Of a stretch of DNA of 64,000 bases, positions 55,231-64,000 are shown piece by piece. Position 1 is the stretch's first letter. Each line of letters opens with the position of its first letter. The notes under the pieces were generated by a model. It did no database searches, was not told the DNA's origin, and worked only from the letters and a program-made list of their open reading frames with translations. This stretch comes from Alphaproteobacteria bacterium. Its GTDB lineage: Bacteria; Pseudomonadota; Alphaproteobacteria; MPNO01. The stretch covers positions 1,504,001 through 1,568,000 of the forward strand of contig OZ219866.1 of the NCBI GenBank assembly GCA_964291675.2, in the 5' to 3' direction. A program made the translations under genes and the position numbers.

Positions 55231-56435
55231 GCTTCCTCCTTCCAGGCGGCCCGCCGGCCGCGCAGCACCGCCACCCCCGACACCAGGGCGCAGGCGGCGA
55301 AGACGATGAACCCGTGGCCGAACGAGCCGGTGAGCGCGGCGATCCCGCCGAAGATCGGCGGCGCGGTGACGACGCCGAAAAACGTGATGAACAGCGCCCC
55401 GCCGGTGGCCCGGCTCGCCTGGTCGCCCGGGGCGATGCGCGCGACCTCCGACAGGAACACCCCGTTCCAGCCCACCCCGGTCGCACCCAGCACGATCGAG
55501 ACCGCGACGATCGCCCAGTACGGCCAGCCGGCGTCGAACCACGCCGCCGCGAAGCCGGCGATCCCCATGGCGATGCCGAGCGCGCCCAGCACCGGCTGCG
55601 GCCTTCCGATCCAGTCGGCGAGCCCGCCCCAGGCGATGCGCCCGACGATCCCGGCGAGCTGGGCGATGGCCAGCGTGAGCCCCGCCGCGACGAACCCCAT
55701 GCCCACGCCCTGGACCAGGTAGGTGACGAGAAAGACGCTGAAGCATTGCTGGACGGCGGCGAAGAAGAACGAGGCGAAGCAGAGCCGCCTGAGCACCGGG
55801 TTTGCCAGCACGAGGCGCAGCGGGCCCATGACGTTGCCGCCGAGCCCCTGGCGGTCCGGCCTGAGCTCGATGTCGAAATGCCGCCGCGTCGGGTGGATGG
55901 CAAGCATGCAGAGCGCGCACATCGCCGCGACCGCCCAGGACGCGCCGCGCCAGCCGAGCTCGACGGCGAATAGCGGCACCAGGGCGCCGGCCAGCATCCC
56001 GCCGAGCGGCACGCCGGTCTGCTTGATCGAGAACACCAGCGAGGAGAGCCGCGGCGGGGTGTGGCGGGCGAGGATGTGGGAGCTCGCGGGCGTCGCCGGG
56101 CCGAGCCCGATCCCGAGCATGAACCCGGCGAGCGCGAGCACCGGCCACCAGGCGGTGACGGTCAGCGCGAGCGCGGCGATGGAGATCGCGAGCCCCGCCT
56201 GGCTCATGCGGATCGGGCCGAAGCGCGGCACCGCCCCGCCGCTCAGCAGCGAGGCGGTCATCGCGCCCGAATAGACCAGCGATGCGAAGATGCCGATATT
56301 CGCCGCATCCAGCCCGATATCGCCTTCCGCCTCGGGCGCGAAGACGGGCACCGTCAGCGTCGCCATGGTGACCATCGCCTGCACCGCGAGCGTCGCGGCG
56401 AGCGCGCGCACGACCTGAGCGGCGGGCTGGCTCAT
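55227..56435 (-). CDS. MFS transporter
   Basis: About 12 hydrophobic segments; SIKQTGVPLGG; GRIAWGGLADWIG. Confidence 0.88.
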   Translation of the reverse strand: MSQPAAQVVRALAATLAVQAMVTMATLTVPVFAPEAEGDIGLDAANIGIFASLVYSGAMTASLLSGGAVPRFGPIRMSQAGLAISIAALALTVTAWWPVLALAGFMLGIGLGPATPASSHILARHTPPRLSSLVFSIKQTGVPLGGMLAGALVPLFAVELGWRGASWAVAAMCALCMLAIHPTRRHFDIELRPDRQGLGGNVMGPLRLVLANPVLRRLCFASFFFAAVQQCFSVFLVTYLVQGVGMGFVAAGLTLAIAQLAGIVGRIAWGGLADWIGRPQPVLGALGIAMGIAGFAAAWFDAGWPYWAIVAVSIVLGATGVGWNGVFLSEVARIAPGDQASRATGGALFITFFGVVTAPPIFGGIAALTGSFGHGFIVFAACALVSGVAVLRGRRAAWKEEA

Positions 56436-56515
56436 GGCGCGAGCTTATCCCGGATGCCCCGCCAATTCATGCCGCGGCGTCGGGAGAAAGCCCGTGCCGC
56501 CGGCGAGCGCGATGC

Positions 56516-56603
56516 TGTCACCCCGGCCTTGTTCCCGGGTCCAGGGACATTGGGGGAAGGCGGTGCGTGCCACCCTGGACCCCGGAACGAGTCGGGAGCG
56601 ACA
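56516..56603. repeat. Degenerate REP doublet (gtcaccccgg...ccggggtgac type)
   Basis: tgtcaccccggccttgttcccgggtccaggg ... ccctggaccccggaacgagtcgggagcgaca. Confidence 0.65.
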
Positions 56604-56656
56604 AGCGGGACGGGGACGGTCCCGCTCATGGGCGCGGAGCCCGCTCCGGGGGCGCC

Positions 56657-57568
56657 TCACCGCGCGTCGCCGAGGGCGACGGCGGCGAGGCCGGCGACGA
56701 TCAGGGCGAGGCCGGCGAGGTTGGTGACGGTGAGCGCCTCGCCGAGGATCGCGGCCGAGCCGAGCATCCCCGCCACCGGCGTCGCGAGAAACAGGAGCGA
56801 GGCGGTGATCGCCGGCAGCGAGCGGGCGATGGCGACGGCGCCGAGGATGGTGAGCGCGGTCGCCAGCGGGCCGGAATAGAGCAGCAGCCAGAACAGGGTC
56901 TCGGACCAGCGCACGGTCTCGCCCGCCTCGACGACGAGGGCGAGCGGCGCCGCCACCAGCGTGGCCGCGAGCAGCTGCCAGGGGGCGAGCTGGAACGGGC
57001 TGAGCCGCCAGACATGGCGCCGCATATGCAGGATGGGGATCGCCCACACCACCGACGCAGCGACCAGCAGCAGATTGCCGTAGACCACATCGCCGTCCGA
57101 CCAGTCGAAGCCGACCGGGTTGAACATCGTGCCGAGCCCGCCGAGGCCGAGCGCGAGCCCCGCCGCCTTGAGCCGGGTCAGGCGCTCGCCGAACAGCAGG
57201 ATCGCCGCCGGCGTCACCCAGAGCGGGGTGACGAAGGAGAGCAGGGACGCCCTTCCGGCCTCGGCGAATTCGAGCCCCATCACCGTCATCGCCGGGTAGA
57301 TGCCCATCATCAGCACCCCGATGGAGACCACCGCCGGCATGTCGTGCCGCCCCGGCAGGCGCAGCCGGCCCAGCACGGCGAGCGCCGCGAACAGGCAGAG
57401 CGCGGTCGAGCCCATGCGGACGCAGCTCAGCCAGACCGGCGGGATCGAGCCCAGCGCGATCTTCAGCACCGGCCAGTTGACCCCCCAGACCGGCAGGCAG
57501 AACGCCAGCAGCGCATAGGCGGCCGCGGTGCCGAGCGGCGGGTGCGGGTGGGGTGCCGGCGCGCTCAA
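56657..57568 (-). CDS. DMT/EamA family transporter
   Basis: WGVNWPVLK, about 10 TM segments, LFGERL and ILGEAL repeats. Confidence 0.88.
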   Translation of the reverse strand: MSAPAPHPHPPLGTAAAYALLAFCLPVWGVNWPVLKIALGSIPPVWLSCVRMGSTALCLFAALAVLGRLRLPGRHDMPAVVSIGVLMMGIYPAMTVMGLEFAEAGRASLLSFVTPLWVTPAAILLFGERLTRLKAAGLALGLGGLGTMFNPVGFDWSDGDVVYGNLLLVAASVVWAIPILHMRRHVWRLSPFQLAPWQLLAATLVAAPLALVVEAGETVRWSETLFWLLLYSGPLATALTILGAVAIARSLPAITASLLFLATPVAGMLGSAAILGEALTVTNLAGLALIVAGLAAVALGDAR

Positions 57569-57590
57569 GCCGGGTCCGGGCGGCGCGCGG

Positions 57591-58073
57591 TCAATAGGGC
57601 GTGCCGTCGCGCCGCGAAAAACGCCGTGCCGGGGCGGCGACCGTCTTGTCGAGGATCAGATCGTCCTCGGTGTAGTGCACCCGGTCGGCGGTCGCGCGGG
57701 TGCCGATCTCGAGAAACTCCACCTCGGCGTCGGTGCGGTTCTCCAGCCGGTGCCCGTCGCCGCTGCCGGCGGGAAAGCCCGCCACATGGCCGGGGCCGAG
57801 AAGCTGCTCGCCGGAATCGCAGACCAGCGTCGGCTCGCCGGAGACGACGAAGACGAACTCGTCCTCGCCAGTATGCCAGTGGCGCAGCGCCGAGATCGCC
57901 CCGGGCGCGAGCCGGGTGAGGTTGATCCCGATCTGGGTCAGCCCCAGCGCATCGCCCAGGACCTTGCGGAACTTGCCGGCGAGCGCCGTGTCCCAGGGCG
58001 GCGGGTAGGGCTGGCGTTCCTCCCCCGGCACGGTCGCGGGGTCGAGGGCGGGGGCGCGAAGCTCGTCTGCCAT
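57591..58073 (-). CDS. Cupin domain protein
   Basis: LAPGAISALRHWHTGEDEFVFVVSGE, GFPAG...HRLEN; ggagga RBS. Confidence 0.85.
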   Translation of the reverse strand: MADELRAPALDPATVPGEERQPYPPPWDTALAGKFRKVLGDALGLTQIGINLTRLAPGAISALRHWHTGEDEFVFVVSGEPTLVCDSGEQLLGPGHVAGFPAGSGDGHRLENRTDAEVEFLEIGTRATADRVHYTEDDLILDKTVAAPARRFSRRDGTPY

Positions 58074-58095
58074 GCGTGTCCTCCAGGGTTGGGAG

Positions 58096-58204
58096 CGTCC
58101 CTCGATACGGCGCTTCGCGCCTACTCGGGATGAGGATGTTCTTTTGGGCCATAGCAGTTTTCCCTCATCCTGAGTAGCCCCCGAAGGGGGCGTATCGAAG
58201 GACG
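58096..58204. repeat. REP/RIME-like palindromic doublet, copy B
   Basis: cgtccctcgatacggcgcttcgcgcctactcgggatgagg ... cctcatcctgagtagcccccgaagggggcgtatcgaaggacg; related to 14514-14630. Confidence 0.8.
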
Positions 58205-58219
58205 GGCCGCTCCCCCGGT

Positions 58220-60292
58220 TCAACCGGCCCCCGCCGCCCTGACGATGACGTTGCCGAGACGGTCGACGGTGCCGGCGAGGCCGGGGTCGATGAAGGCGGT
58301 GGCGTCGTCCTGTTCGAGGATCGCCGGGCCCGCCACCGTCATGCCGGCGGGCAGCGCGAGGCGGTCGTAGACCGCGGTCTCGTGCCACGCCCCCTCCCAC
58401 CGGACGCGCCGCGATCCCCTGAGCGCGGCCTCCGGCGTGGCGTCGGGCGGCGGCGCGAGGGCGGCGAGGTCGAACTTGCGGCGCACCCCGATCGCCGCCG
58501 TTCTGAGCGACAGCAGGCGCACGCCGATCCCCTCCAGCAGGCGCCCGTAGGTCTTGCGGTAGGCGGTCTCGAAGGCGGTGCGGATCATCGCGAGCGACAC
58601 GTCGGTCGCGCCGCCCGCGAGGCGCGCGGGCAGCGGAACCGGGACCGTGTGGGTCTGGCCGATATAGGACATGTCGAGCTCGAAGGCGGTCTCCAGGCGC
58701 TCCAGCCCCGCCCCCGAGCGGCGCAGCAGCGCGAGCCCGCGCTCGGCGGTCTCGGCCATCTCGGCATCGAGCGCGGCCACGTCGAGCGCGTCGAGCGGGC
58801 GGTTGATGGTGTGCACGAAGTCGTGGCGCATGTCGGCGATGACGCAGCCGAGCGCGCTGGTCACGCCGGGGAAGCGCGGGATCAGCGCGGCGCCGAGCCC
58901 GACATCGCGGATCAGCGCGCCGACATGGAGCGCGCCGCCGCCGCCGAACGGCATGGCGGCGAACATCTTGGGGTCGTAGCCGCGCTCGATGGAGACCAGC
59001 CTTATCGCCCCGGCCATGCTGGAATTCGCCACCTTGACGATCGCCTCGGCGGCCGCCGCCACATCGAGCCCGAGCGGCGCGGCGACATGCTCGCGGATGG
59101 CCGCCCGGGCGGCGTCCACGTCGAGCCGGCCGAGCCCCTCGCCGATCGGGCGGTCGGGGTCGATGCGCCCGAGCGCGAGGTTGGCGTCGGTCACCGTCGG
59201 GCGGTCGTTACCGCGGCCGTAGCAGGCGGGGCCCGGATCGGCGCCCGCCGATTGCGGGCCGACGGCGAGGAAGCCGCCGCGGTCGACCGCGGCGATCGAG
59301 CCGCCGCCGGCGCCGATGGTGGTGATCTCGATCATCGGCGTGCGCACGACGAGGCCGAAATCGATCGCCGCCTGGGCGCAATAGGCGCTCCTGCCGTCGG
59401 CGATCAGGGCGACGTCGAAGCTGGTGCCGCCCATGTCGCAGGTGATCACGTTGGCGAAGCCCGCCGCCTCGGCGATCCTGGCGCCGGCGATCACCCCCGC
59501 CGCCGGCCCCGACAGGGTCGTGCGCACCGGGAGGGTGCGCGCGGTGTCGACCGACATCACCCCGCCATTGGACTGGACGATCAGCAGCTCGGCATCGATG
59601 CCGCGCTCCGCGAACCCGGCCTCGACGCCCTCCAGATAGGCGCCGAAGACGGGCTGCAGGCAGACATTGAGCGCGGTGGTCGAGGCGCGCTCGAACTCGC
59701 GGATCTCGGGCAGGATCAGCGAGGACGCGTTGACATGGTCGTTGGGCCAGACCGCGCGCACCGCCTCCAGCGCGGCGCGCTCGTTGGCGTCGTTGGCATA
59801 GGCGTTGATGAAGACGATGCCGACCGCCTCGCAGCCGCGCTCCAGCAGGGTCTGCGCGGCGCGCCTCGCCTCGCCGGAATCGACCGGCTTGCGGACCGTG
59901 CCGTCGGCAAGCGTCCGCTCGTCGACCTCGACGGCGAGGTCGCGCGTCACCACCGGCCGGTAGCTGCCCCACAGCCCCCAGGTGTTGGGCCGGTCGCGCC
60001 GGCGCATCTCCAGCACGTCGCGGAAGCCGCGCGTGGCGATCAGCCCGGTGCGCGCGGCCTTGCGTTCCAGCAGCGCGTTGGTGCCGACGGTGGTGCCGTG
60101 GACCACGGAGCCGATCTCCGCCGGATCGTCCACCGACGCCTCGATGCCGCCCAAAAAGCCCTTGGCGATGTCGTCCCGGACCGACGGCACCTTGCCGATG
60201 CCGTACCGCCCGCTGCGCTCGTCGAGCCAGAACACGTCGGTAAAGGTGCCGCCGACATCGACGCCGACCAGCATGCCGGAGCCGCCGGTCAC
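58220..60292 (-). CDS. Hydantoinase A / 5-oxoprolinase ATP-binding subunit (start GTG 60292 or ATG 60274)
   Basis: GVDVGGTFTD, HGTTVGTN, SGPAAG, DMGGTS, GAGGGS, GPACY, TVTDAN. Confidence 0.92.
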   Translation of the reverse strand: MTGGSGMLVGVDVGGTFTDVFWLDERSGRYGIGKVPSVRDDIAKGFLGGIEASVDDPAEIGSVVHGTTVGTNALLERKAARTGLIATRGFRDVLEMRRRDRPNTWGLWGSYRPVVTRDLAVEVDERTLADGTVRKPVDSGEARRAAQTLLERGCEAVGIVFINAYANDANERAALEAVRAVWPNDHVNASSLILPEIREFERASTTALNVCLQPVFGAYLEGVEAGFAERGIDAELLIVQSNGGVMSVDTARTLPVRTTLSGPAAGVIAGARIAEAAGFANVITCDMGGTSFDVALIADGRSAYCAQAAIDFGLVVRTPMIEITTIGAGGGSIAAVDRGGFLAVGPQSAGADPGPACYGRGNDRPTVTDANLALGRIDPDRPIGEGLGRLDVDAARAAIREHVAAPLGLDVAAAAEAIVKVANSSMAGAIRLVSIERGYDPKMFAAMPFGGGGALHVGALIRDVGLGAALIPRFPGVTSALGCVIADMRHDFVHTINRPLDALDVAALDAEMAETAERGLALLRRSGAGLERLETAFELDMSYIGQTHTVPVPLPARLAGGATDVSLAMIRTAFETAYRKTYGRLLEGIGVRLLSLRTAAIGVRRKFDLAALAPPPDATPEAALRGSRRVRWEGAWHETAVYDRLALPAGMTVAGPAILEQDDATAFIDPGLAGTVDRLGNVIVRAAGAG

Positions 60293-60573
60293 GCCGCGAA
60301 ACGCTCGACCGCGATCTCGTCGGCGCGATGCCGGACCTGCCACAGGTCGTGGGCCATCTGCATGCCGAGCCAGGTCTCCGGCGTCGAGCCGAAGGCTTTG
60401 GACAGGCGTATCGCCATCTCGACCGAGATGCCCGTGCGACCGTTCACCAGCTCCGACAGCGCCTGCCGGGTGACGCCCAGCCCCCGTGCCGCCCGCGTCA
60501 CGGTGAGGCCGAGGGGTTCGAGGCACTGCCGTTTCACGATGCCGCCCGGATGCGGCGGGTTGTGCATGCCCAT
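60289..60573 (-). CDS. higA: HigA-family antitoxin
   Basis: NPPHPG, LGVTRQALSELVNG, MAIRLSKAFGSTPETWL..Q..DL. Confidence 0.92.
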   Translation of the reverse strand: MGMHNPPHPGGIVKRQCLEPLGLTVTRAARGLGVTRQALSELVNGRTGISVEMAIRLSKAFGSTPETWLGMQMAHDLWQVRHRADEIAVERFAA

Positions 60574-60585
60574 GTTCCCGTCTCC

Positions 60586-60864
60586 TCAGTGATAGTCCAC
60601 GTAGTCTACGTCGACCGCCTCGCCATCCTCGAACCGGAAGGTGATGCGCCAGTTGGCGGATACCGAAACCGCCCAATGCCCTTTCAGCGATCCCTTCAAC
60701 TCGTGCAGGCGGAAGCCCGGCAGATCCATTCCCTCCGGCCCGCGGCTGAGATCGAGCGCCGCCAGGATGTCCCGAAGCCTCTCCACATGCGCTGGCGCCA
60801 CGCGCCGCGCTGTCCTGCCTTCGTAGAGCGCCTTCAGGCCGCGATGCCGGAACGAAGCAATCAC
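60586..60864 (-). CDS. higB: HigB (plasmid maintenance killer/RelE-like) toxin
   Basis: IASFRHRGL, LPGFRLHELKG, WAVSVSANWRITFRF, DYH C-terminus. Confidence 0.92.
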   Translation of the reverse strand: MIASFRHRGLKALYEGRTARRVAPAHVERLRDILAALDLSRGPEGMDLPGFRLHELKGSLKGHWAVSVSANWRITFRFEDGEAVDVDYVDYH

Positions 60865-60880
60865 TATCAAACTCTATCTC

Positions 60881-60904
60881 GTCGCCTGTCAGATGACAAG
60901 TGAC
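60881..60904 (-). promoter_or_regulatory. Probable higBA operator palindrome
   Basis: gtcgcctgtca-ga-tgacaagtgac (9/11 inverted repeat) directly upstream of higB. Confidence 0.55.
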
Positions 60905-61058
60905 AACACGTTTGTCCACGCGCCCAAATTCGCATCGGGCGGGACCGGTTGACAGCAACGTCAAGGACGGCGCCATTCTCGCCGGCTTCATCCTGGGGTG
61001 GAAATATCATGGCAGACAAGAATGCCGCCGGCCCGCTCGGCCGCTTCGTCCGTGCCTT

Positions 61059-62783
61059 CTACGACGCCCGCCGCTCGGACGGCCGCGCCACAATGCCATC
61101 GGCAGATATAGTCACACCGTAGTCTCGTTCTGCGGCCGCGCGGCTCACCAGGCCGAGGGCGAGGTCGCGCGCGATGGCCTCGACCGGGCGGTCTTCCGCC
61201 GGGCCGTAGCCGCCGCCGCCCGGGCTCTCGACGCGCACGCGCTGGCCCCTGCGCAGCGTGACGCCCGACAGCTTGCCGGTGTTCACCGGCGAGCGCTCGC
61301 CGTCCGCCTGCTCGTAGACGATCCGGTTGGGCGCGCCGGCGCCGCCGCCGAGGATGCCGAAGGCGGGGAAGCGGGCGCGCTCGCCGAACACCACGAGATC
61401 GGCCGCATCGGCCAGCAGCTCGAACTCGTAGACCGCGCCCAGCCCGCCGCGGTGGCGGCCCGGCCCGCCTGAGTCGGGCCGCAGCCCCCAGCGGGTCACG
61501 CAGGCGGGGTAGGCGGCCTCCAGGATCTCCGCCGGCGGGATGTTGGCCATGCCGATCGGCGCATTGCCGTGGCTCAGCCCGTCGCCCTCGGGGTTGCCGC
61601 CGAGCCCGCCGCCGAAGAAGGTGAACAGGATGAAGCGTGCGCCGTCGTCGCGCCTCCCCGACATCAGCAGCGCGTTCACGGTGGCGAAGCAGGCCGCGTT
61701 GACCCGCTCGGGGGCGGCCAGGGAGAGCGCGCCGAAGATCACGTCGATGGTGCGCATGATGTTCTCGGTATAGCCCGAGACCGGGGACGGCGGCTCGGCG
61801 GCGAGGATCGAGCCCTCGGGGATGACGAACGCGATGGGCTCGAGACAGCCGCCGCTCGCCGGCACCTCGTGGAAGACGTGCTTCAGCGCGACGAAGGAGG
61901 CGGCGATCGTGGTCGCCCGCGAGACGTTGAGCGGCCCGGCGCAGGCAGGCGCCGAGCGCGAGAAGTCGAGCGTCAACGTCTCGCCCGCGACGGTGAGGTC
62001 GAGCGCCACCCTGAGCGGCGCGTCGGAACGCCCGTCATTGTCGATATGGTCCTCGAAGGAATAGGTGCCGTCGGGCAGCTCCGAAATCAGCGCCCGCATC
62101 TGCCGGCTGGCGCGACGCGACATCTCAGCCATCGCCGCCGCGACCGTGCCGTCGCCGAAATCGTCGAGCAGGTCGTTGAGCCTGGCGGTGCCGAGGTCGA
62201 GCGCGCCGAGCTGGGCGTTGAGGTCGCCGTAATTGCTTGCCGGCAGGCGGCCATTGGCCAGCAGGATGTCGACGATGTCCCGGTTGACCACGCCGCGCTC
62301 GGCGAACTTGACCGGCGGGATTCGTACCCCCTCCTGCATGATGTCGACCGCCGTCGGGTTGTAGTTCCCGGCGACGTTGCCGCCCACGTCGAGCCAGTGG
62401 CCGACCGAGGCGAGGTAGCAGAACAGCCTGCCCGCGCGGAAGATCGGCTTGACGATCTTGATGTCGTTGAGATGGGTCGCCCCGACATAGGGGTCGTTGA
62501 GCAGATAGAGGTCGCCGTCCGCGGGCCCGCCATCGGCCTCGGCGCGGGCGATCGCCGCCTTGGTGGCATGGCTCATCGCGCCGATGAAGACCGGCAGGCC
62601 CTGCTTGCCCATCGCCACCGTCTCGCCGTTCGCGTCGTAGACGCCGTGGCTGCCGTCCCTGGCTTCGGCGATCACCGGGCTGAAGGCGGCGCGGAACAGG
62701 GTCGCATCCATCTCGTCGACCAGCTGCTCCAGCCGGCCGCGGATCACGGCGAGGGTGACGGGGTCGAGCTCGGCGGCGGACAT
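61059..62783 (-). CDS. Hydantoinase B / oxoprolinase subunit
   Basis: LDPVTLAVI, AFSPVI, NDPY.G.THLND, GHWLDVGG, QEG, DSGGPGRHRGG, PGGGGYG. Confidence 0.92.
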   Translation of the reverse strand: MSAAELDPVTLAVIRGRLEQLVDEMDATLFRAAFSPVIAEARDGSHGVYDANGETVAMGKQGLPVFIGAMSHATKAAIARAEADGGPADGDLYLLNDPYVGATHLNDIKIVKPIFRAGRLFCYLASVGHWLDVGGNVAGNYNPTAVDIMQEGVRIPPVKFAERGVVNRDIVDILLANGRLPASNYGDLNAQLGALDLGTARLNDLLDDFGDGTVAAAMAEMSRRASRQMRALISELPDGTYSFEDHIDNDGRSDAPLRVALDLTVAGETLTLDFSRSAPACAGPLNVSRATTIAASFVALKHVFHEVPASGGCLEPIAFVIPEGSILAAEPPSPVSGYTENIMRTIDVIFGALSLAAPERVNAACFATVNALLMSGRRDDGARFILFTFFGGGLGGNPEGDGLSHGNAPIGMANIPPAEILEAAYPACVTRWGLRPDSGGPGRHRGGLGAVYEFELLADAADLVVFGERARFPAFGILGGGAGAPNRIVYEQADGERSPVNTGKLSGVTLRRGQRVRVESPGGGGYGPAEDRPVEAIARDLALGLVSRAAAERDYGVTISADGIVARPSERRAS

Positions 62784-62874
62784 GCGATGGCGGGACGCGG
62801 GCGTTGCAACCGGGATCGATGATGGCATAGTGCCGCCGGGGTGTCATGCCCGCCCGGGGCCAGGAGGAAGCGCC

Positions 62875-63450
62875 ATGGAGATCCGCAAGCTCGTCACCGT
62901 CGTCGAGGAGACCAGGCGCGAGCTCGACCGCGCGGTCGAGCCGGCCGCCCGCCAGGCCGCGGCGATCGCGGTGATCGCCAACCCCTATGCCGGGGTCTAT
63001 GACGAGGCGCTGGAGGAGCTGCAGCAGGCCGGGGCCGAGCTCGGCGCGCTGCTCGTGCAACGCGCGATCGACGCGCTTGGCATCGACGGCGAGGCGGTCG
63101 CGAGCTACGGCAAGGCGGCGATCGTCGGCGTCGCCGGGGAGCGCGAGCACGCGGCCGCGGTGATGCATCCCCGCATGGGCAAGCCGGTGCGCGAGATCGT
63201 CGGCCCGGCGCGCTCCATCATGCCGTCGACCAAGAAGCTCGGCGGGCCGGGTACGGTCATCGACTGCCCGCTGCACCACAAGGACGAGATGTGGACGTTT
63301 AGCCATTTCGACGCGATGCAGGTCTCGGTCACCGACGCGCCGCGCGCCGACGAGATCGTGGTCGTCGTCGCGGTCGCCGATTCGGGCCGCCCGTTCCACC
63401 GGGTCGGCGAGGACCTCGCGGTCGCGGATCTGATGTCCAAGAACGAGTAG
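62875..63450 (+). CDS. Amino acid synthesis (AA_synth/DUF1185) family protein, second paralogue
   Basis: MEIRKLVTVVEE, ANPYAG, SYGKAAIVG..GEREH, DAPRADEI; aggagg RBS. Confidence 0.82.
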   Translation: MEIRKLVTVVEETRRELDRAVEPAARQAAAIAVIANPYAGVYDEALEELQQAGAELGALLVQRAIDALGIDGEAVASYGKAAIVGVAGEREHAAAVMHPRMGKPVREIVGPARSIMPSTKKLGGPGTVIDCPLHHKDEMWTFSHFDAMQVSVTDAPRADEIVVVVAVADSGRPFHRVGEDLAVADLMSKNE

Positions 63451-64000
63451 ATGTCCCTGATCGCGCCCTTCCGGGCGATCCTGCCGGCGCCGCAGCATGC
63501 CGGGGCCGTCGCCGCGCCGCCCTATGACGTGCTGTCGAGGGCCGAGGCGCGCGCCCGCGCGGCCGGCAACCGGCTGAGCTTTCTGCACGTGTCGCGCCCG
63601 GAGATCGGCCTCGCCTGCGGGGTCGCGGCGGACGATTCCGCAGTCTACGCCAGGGCGGCCGAGACCATGGCGCGGCTGCTTGCCGAGGGAACGCTCGGCC
63701 GCGCCGAACGGGCCAGGCTCTATGTCTACCGCGTCGAGATCGACGGCCACCGGCAGACCGGCATCGCCGGCGCGGCGCCGGTCGCGGCGCTCGCCGATGG
63801 CCGTATCCGCCGCCACGAGCTCACCCGGCCCGCCAAGGTCGCCGACCGCGCGCGCCAGATCGAGGCGGTCGGCGCCCATACCGGCCCGGTCATGCTCGCC
63901 CACCGCGACGACCCGGCGCTGGCCGAGGCGGTGGCGGCGGTGGCGGCGGGACCCCCGGCGCTGGAGGCCGGGATCGACGGGGTCGCCCATTCGGTGTGGG
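63451..64000 (+). CDS. DUF1015 family protein (3' end outside the window)
   Basis: My translation: MSLIAPFRAILP...VAAPPYDVLSRAEAR...SFLHVSRPEI...IRRHELTRP.K..DR. Confidence 0.8.
   Translation, partial: MSLIAPFRAILPAPQHAGAVAAPPYDVLSRAEARARAAGNRLSFLHVSRPEIGLACGVAADDSAVYARAAETMARLLAEGTLGRAERARLYVYRVEIDGHRQTGIAGAAPVAALADGRIRRHELTRPAKVADRARQIEAVGAHTGPVMLAHRDDPALAEAVAAVAAGPPALEAGIDGVAHSVW

Noticed and set aside
61010-61030. Decayed duplicate of the hydantoinase A start as an insertion scar for higBA
   Set aside because: The match is only about 13 of 16 nt in GC-rich DNA, too weak to separate from chance.

Overview
GC-rich bacterial chromosomal segment, almost certainly alphaproteobacterial (GcrA-family gene, petABC-mtnP-mtnA, prs-rplY-pth-ychF). 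Most of it is catabolic: three VanA-type Rieske oxygenases, an enamidase homologue, boxCB, an amidase, an acyl-CoA ligase, a sulfatase, two molybdoenzymes, a 2-oxoacid dehydrogenase E1/E2 set with an M24 hydrolase, and a hydantoinase/oxoprolinase pair. Small toxin-antitoxin or defence cassettes and several families of palindromic repeats lie between these genes. I recognised no transposase, integrase, tRNA, rRNA or CRISPR array. The best leads are: (1) an Abi_2/AbiF-type HEPN gene with an upstream hairpin, bracketed by a 114-bp direct repeat of the 3' end of the neighbouring molybdoenzyme gene; (2) two NrdR-box-like sites 31 bp apart over the promoter of a gcrA-family gene; (3) an mtnP-mtnA operon whose third gene is a class II aldolase-SDR fusion, a candidate fused DHAP-shunt enzyme; (4) a 270-bp repeat with compensatory base-pair changes whose ends carry the stop codons of both flanking genes; (5) a 413-bp TIR element inserted into the loop of a REP with a target duplication; (6) a higBA module inside the hydantoinase operon. 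All calls come from reading motifs by eye; no database searches were run.
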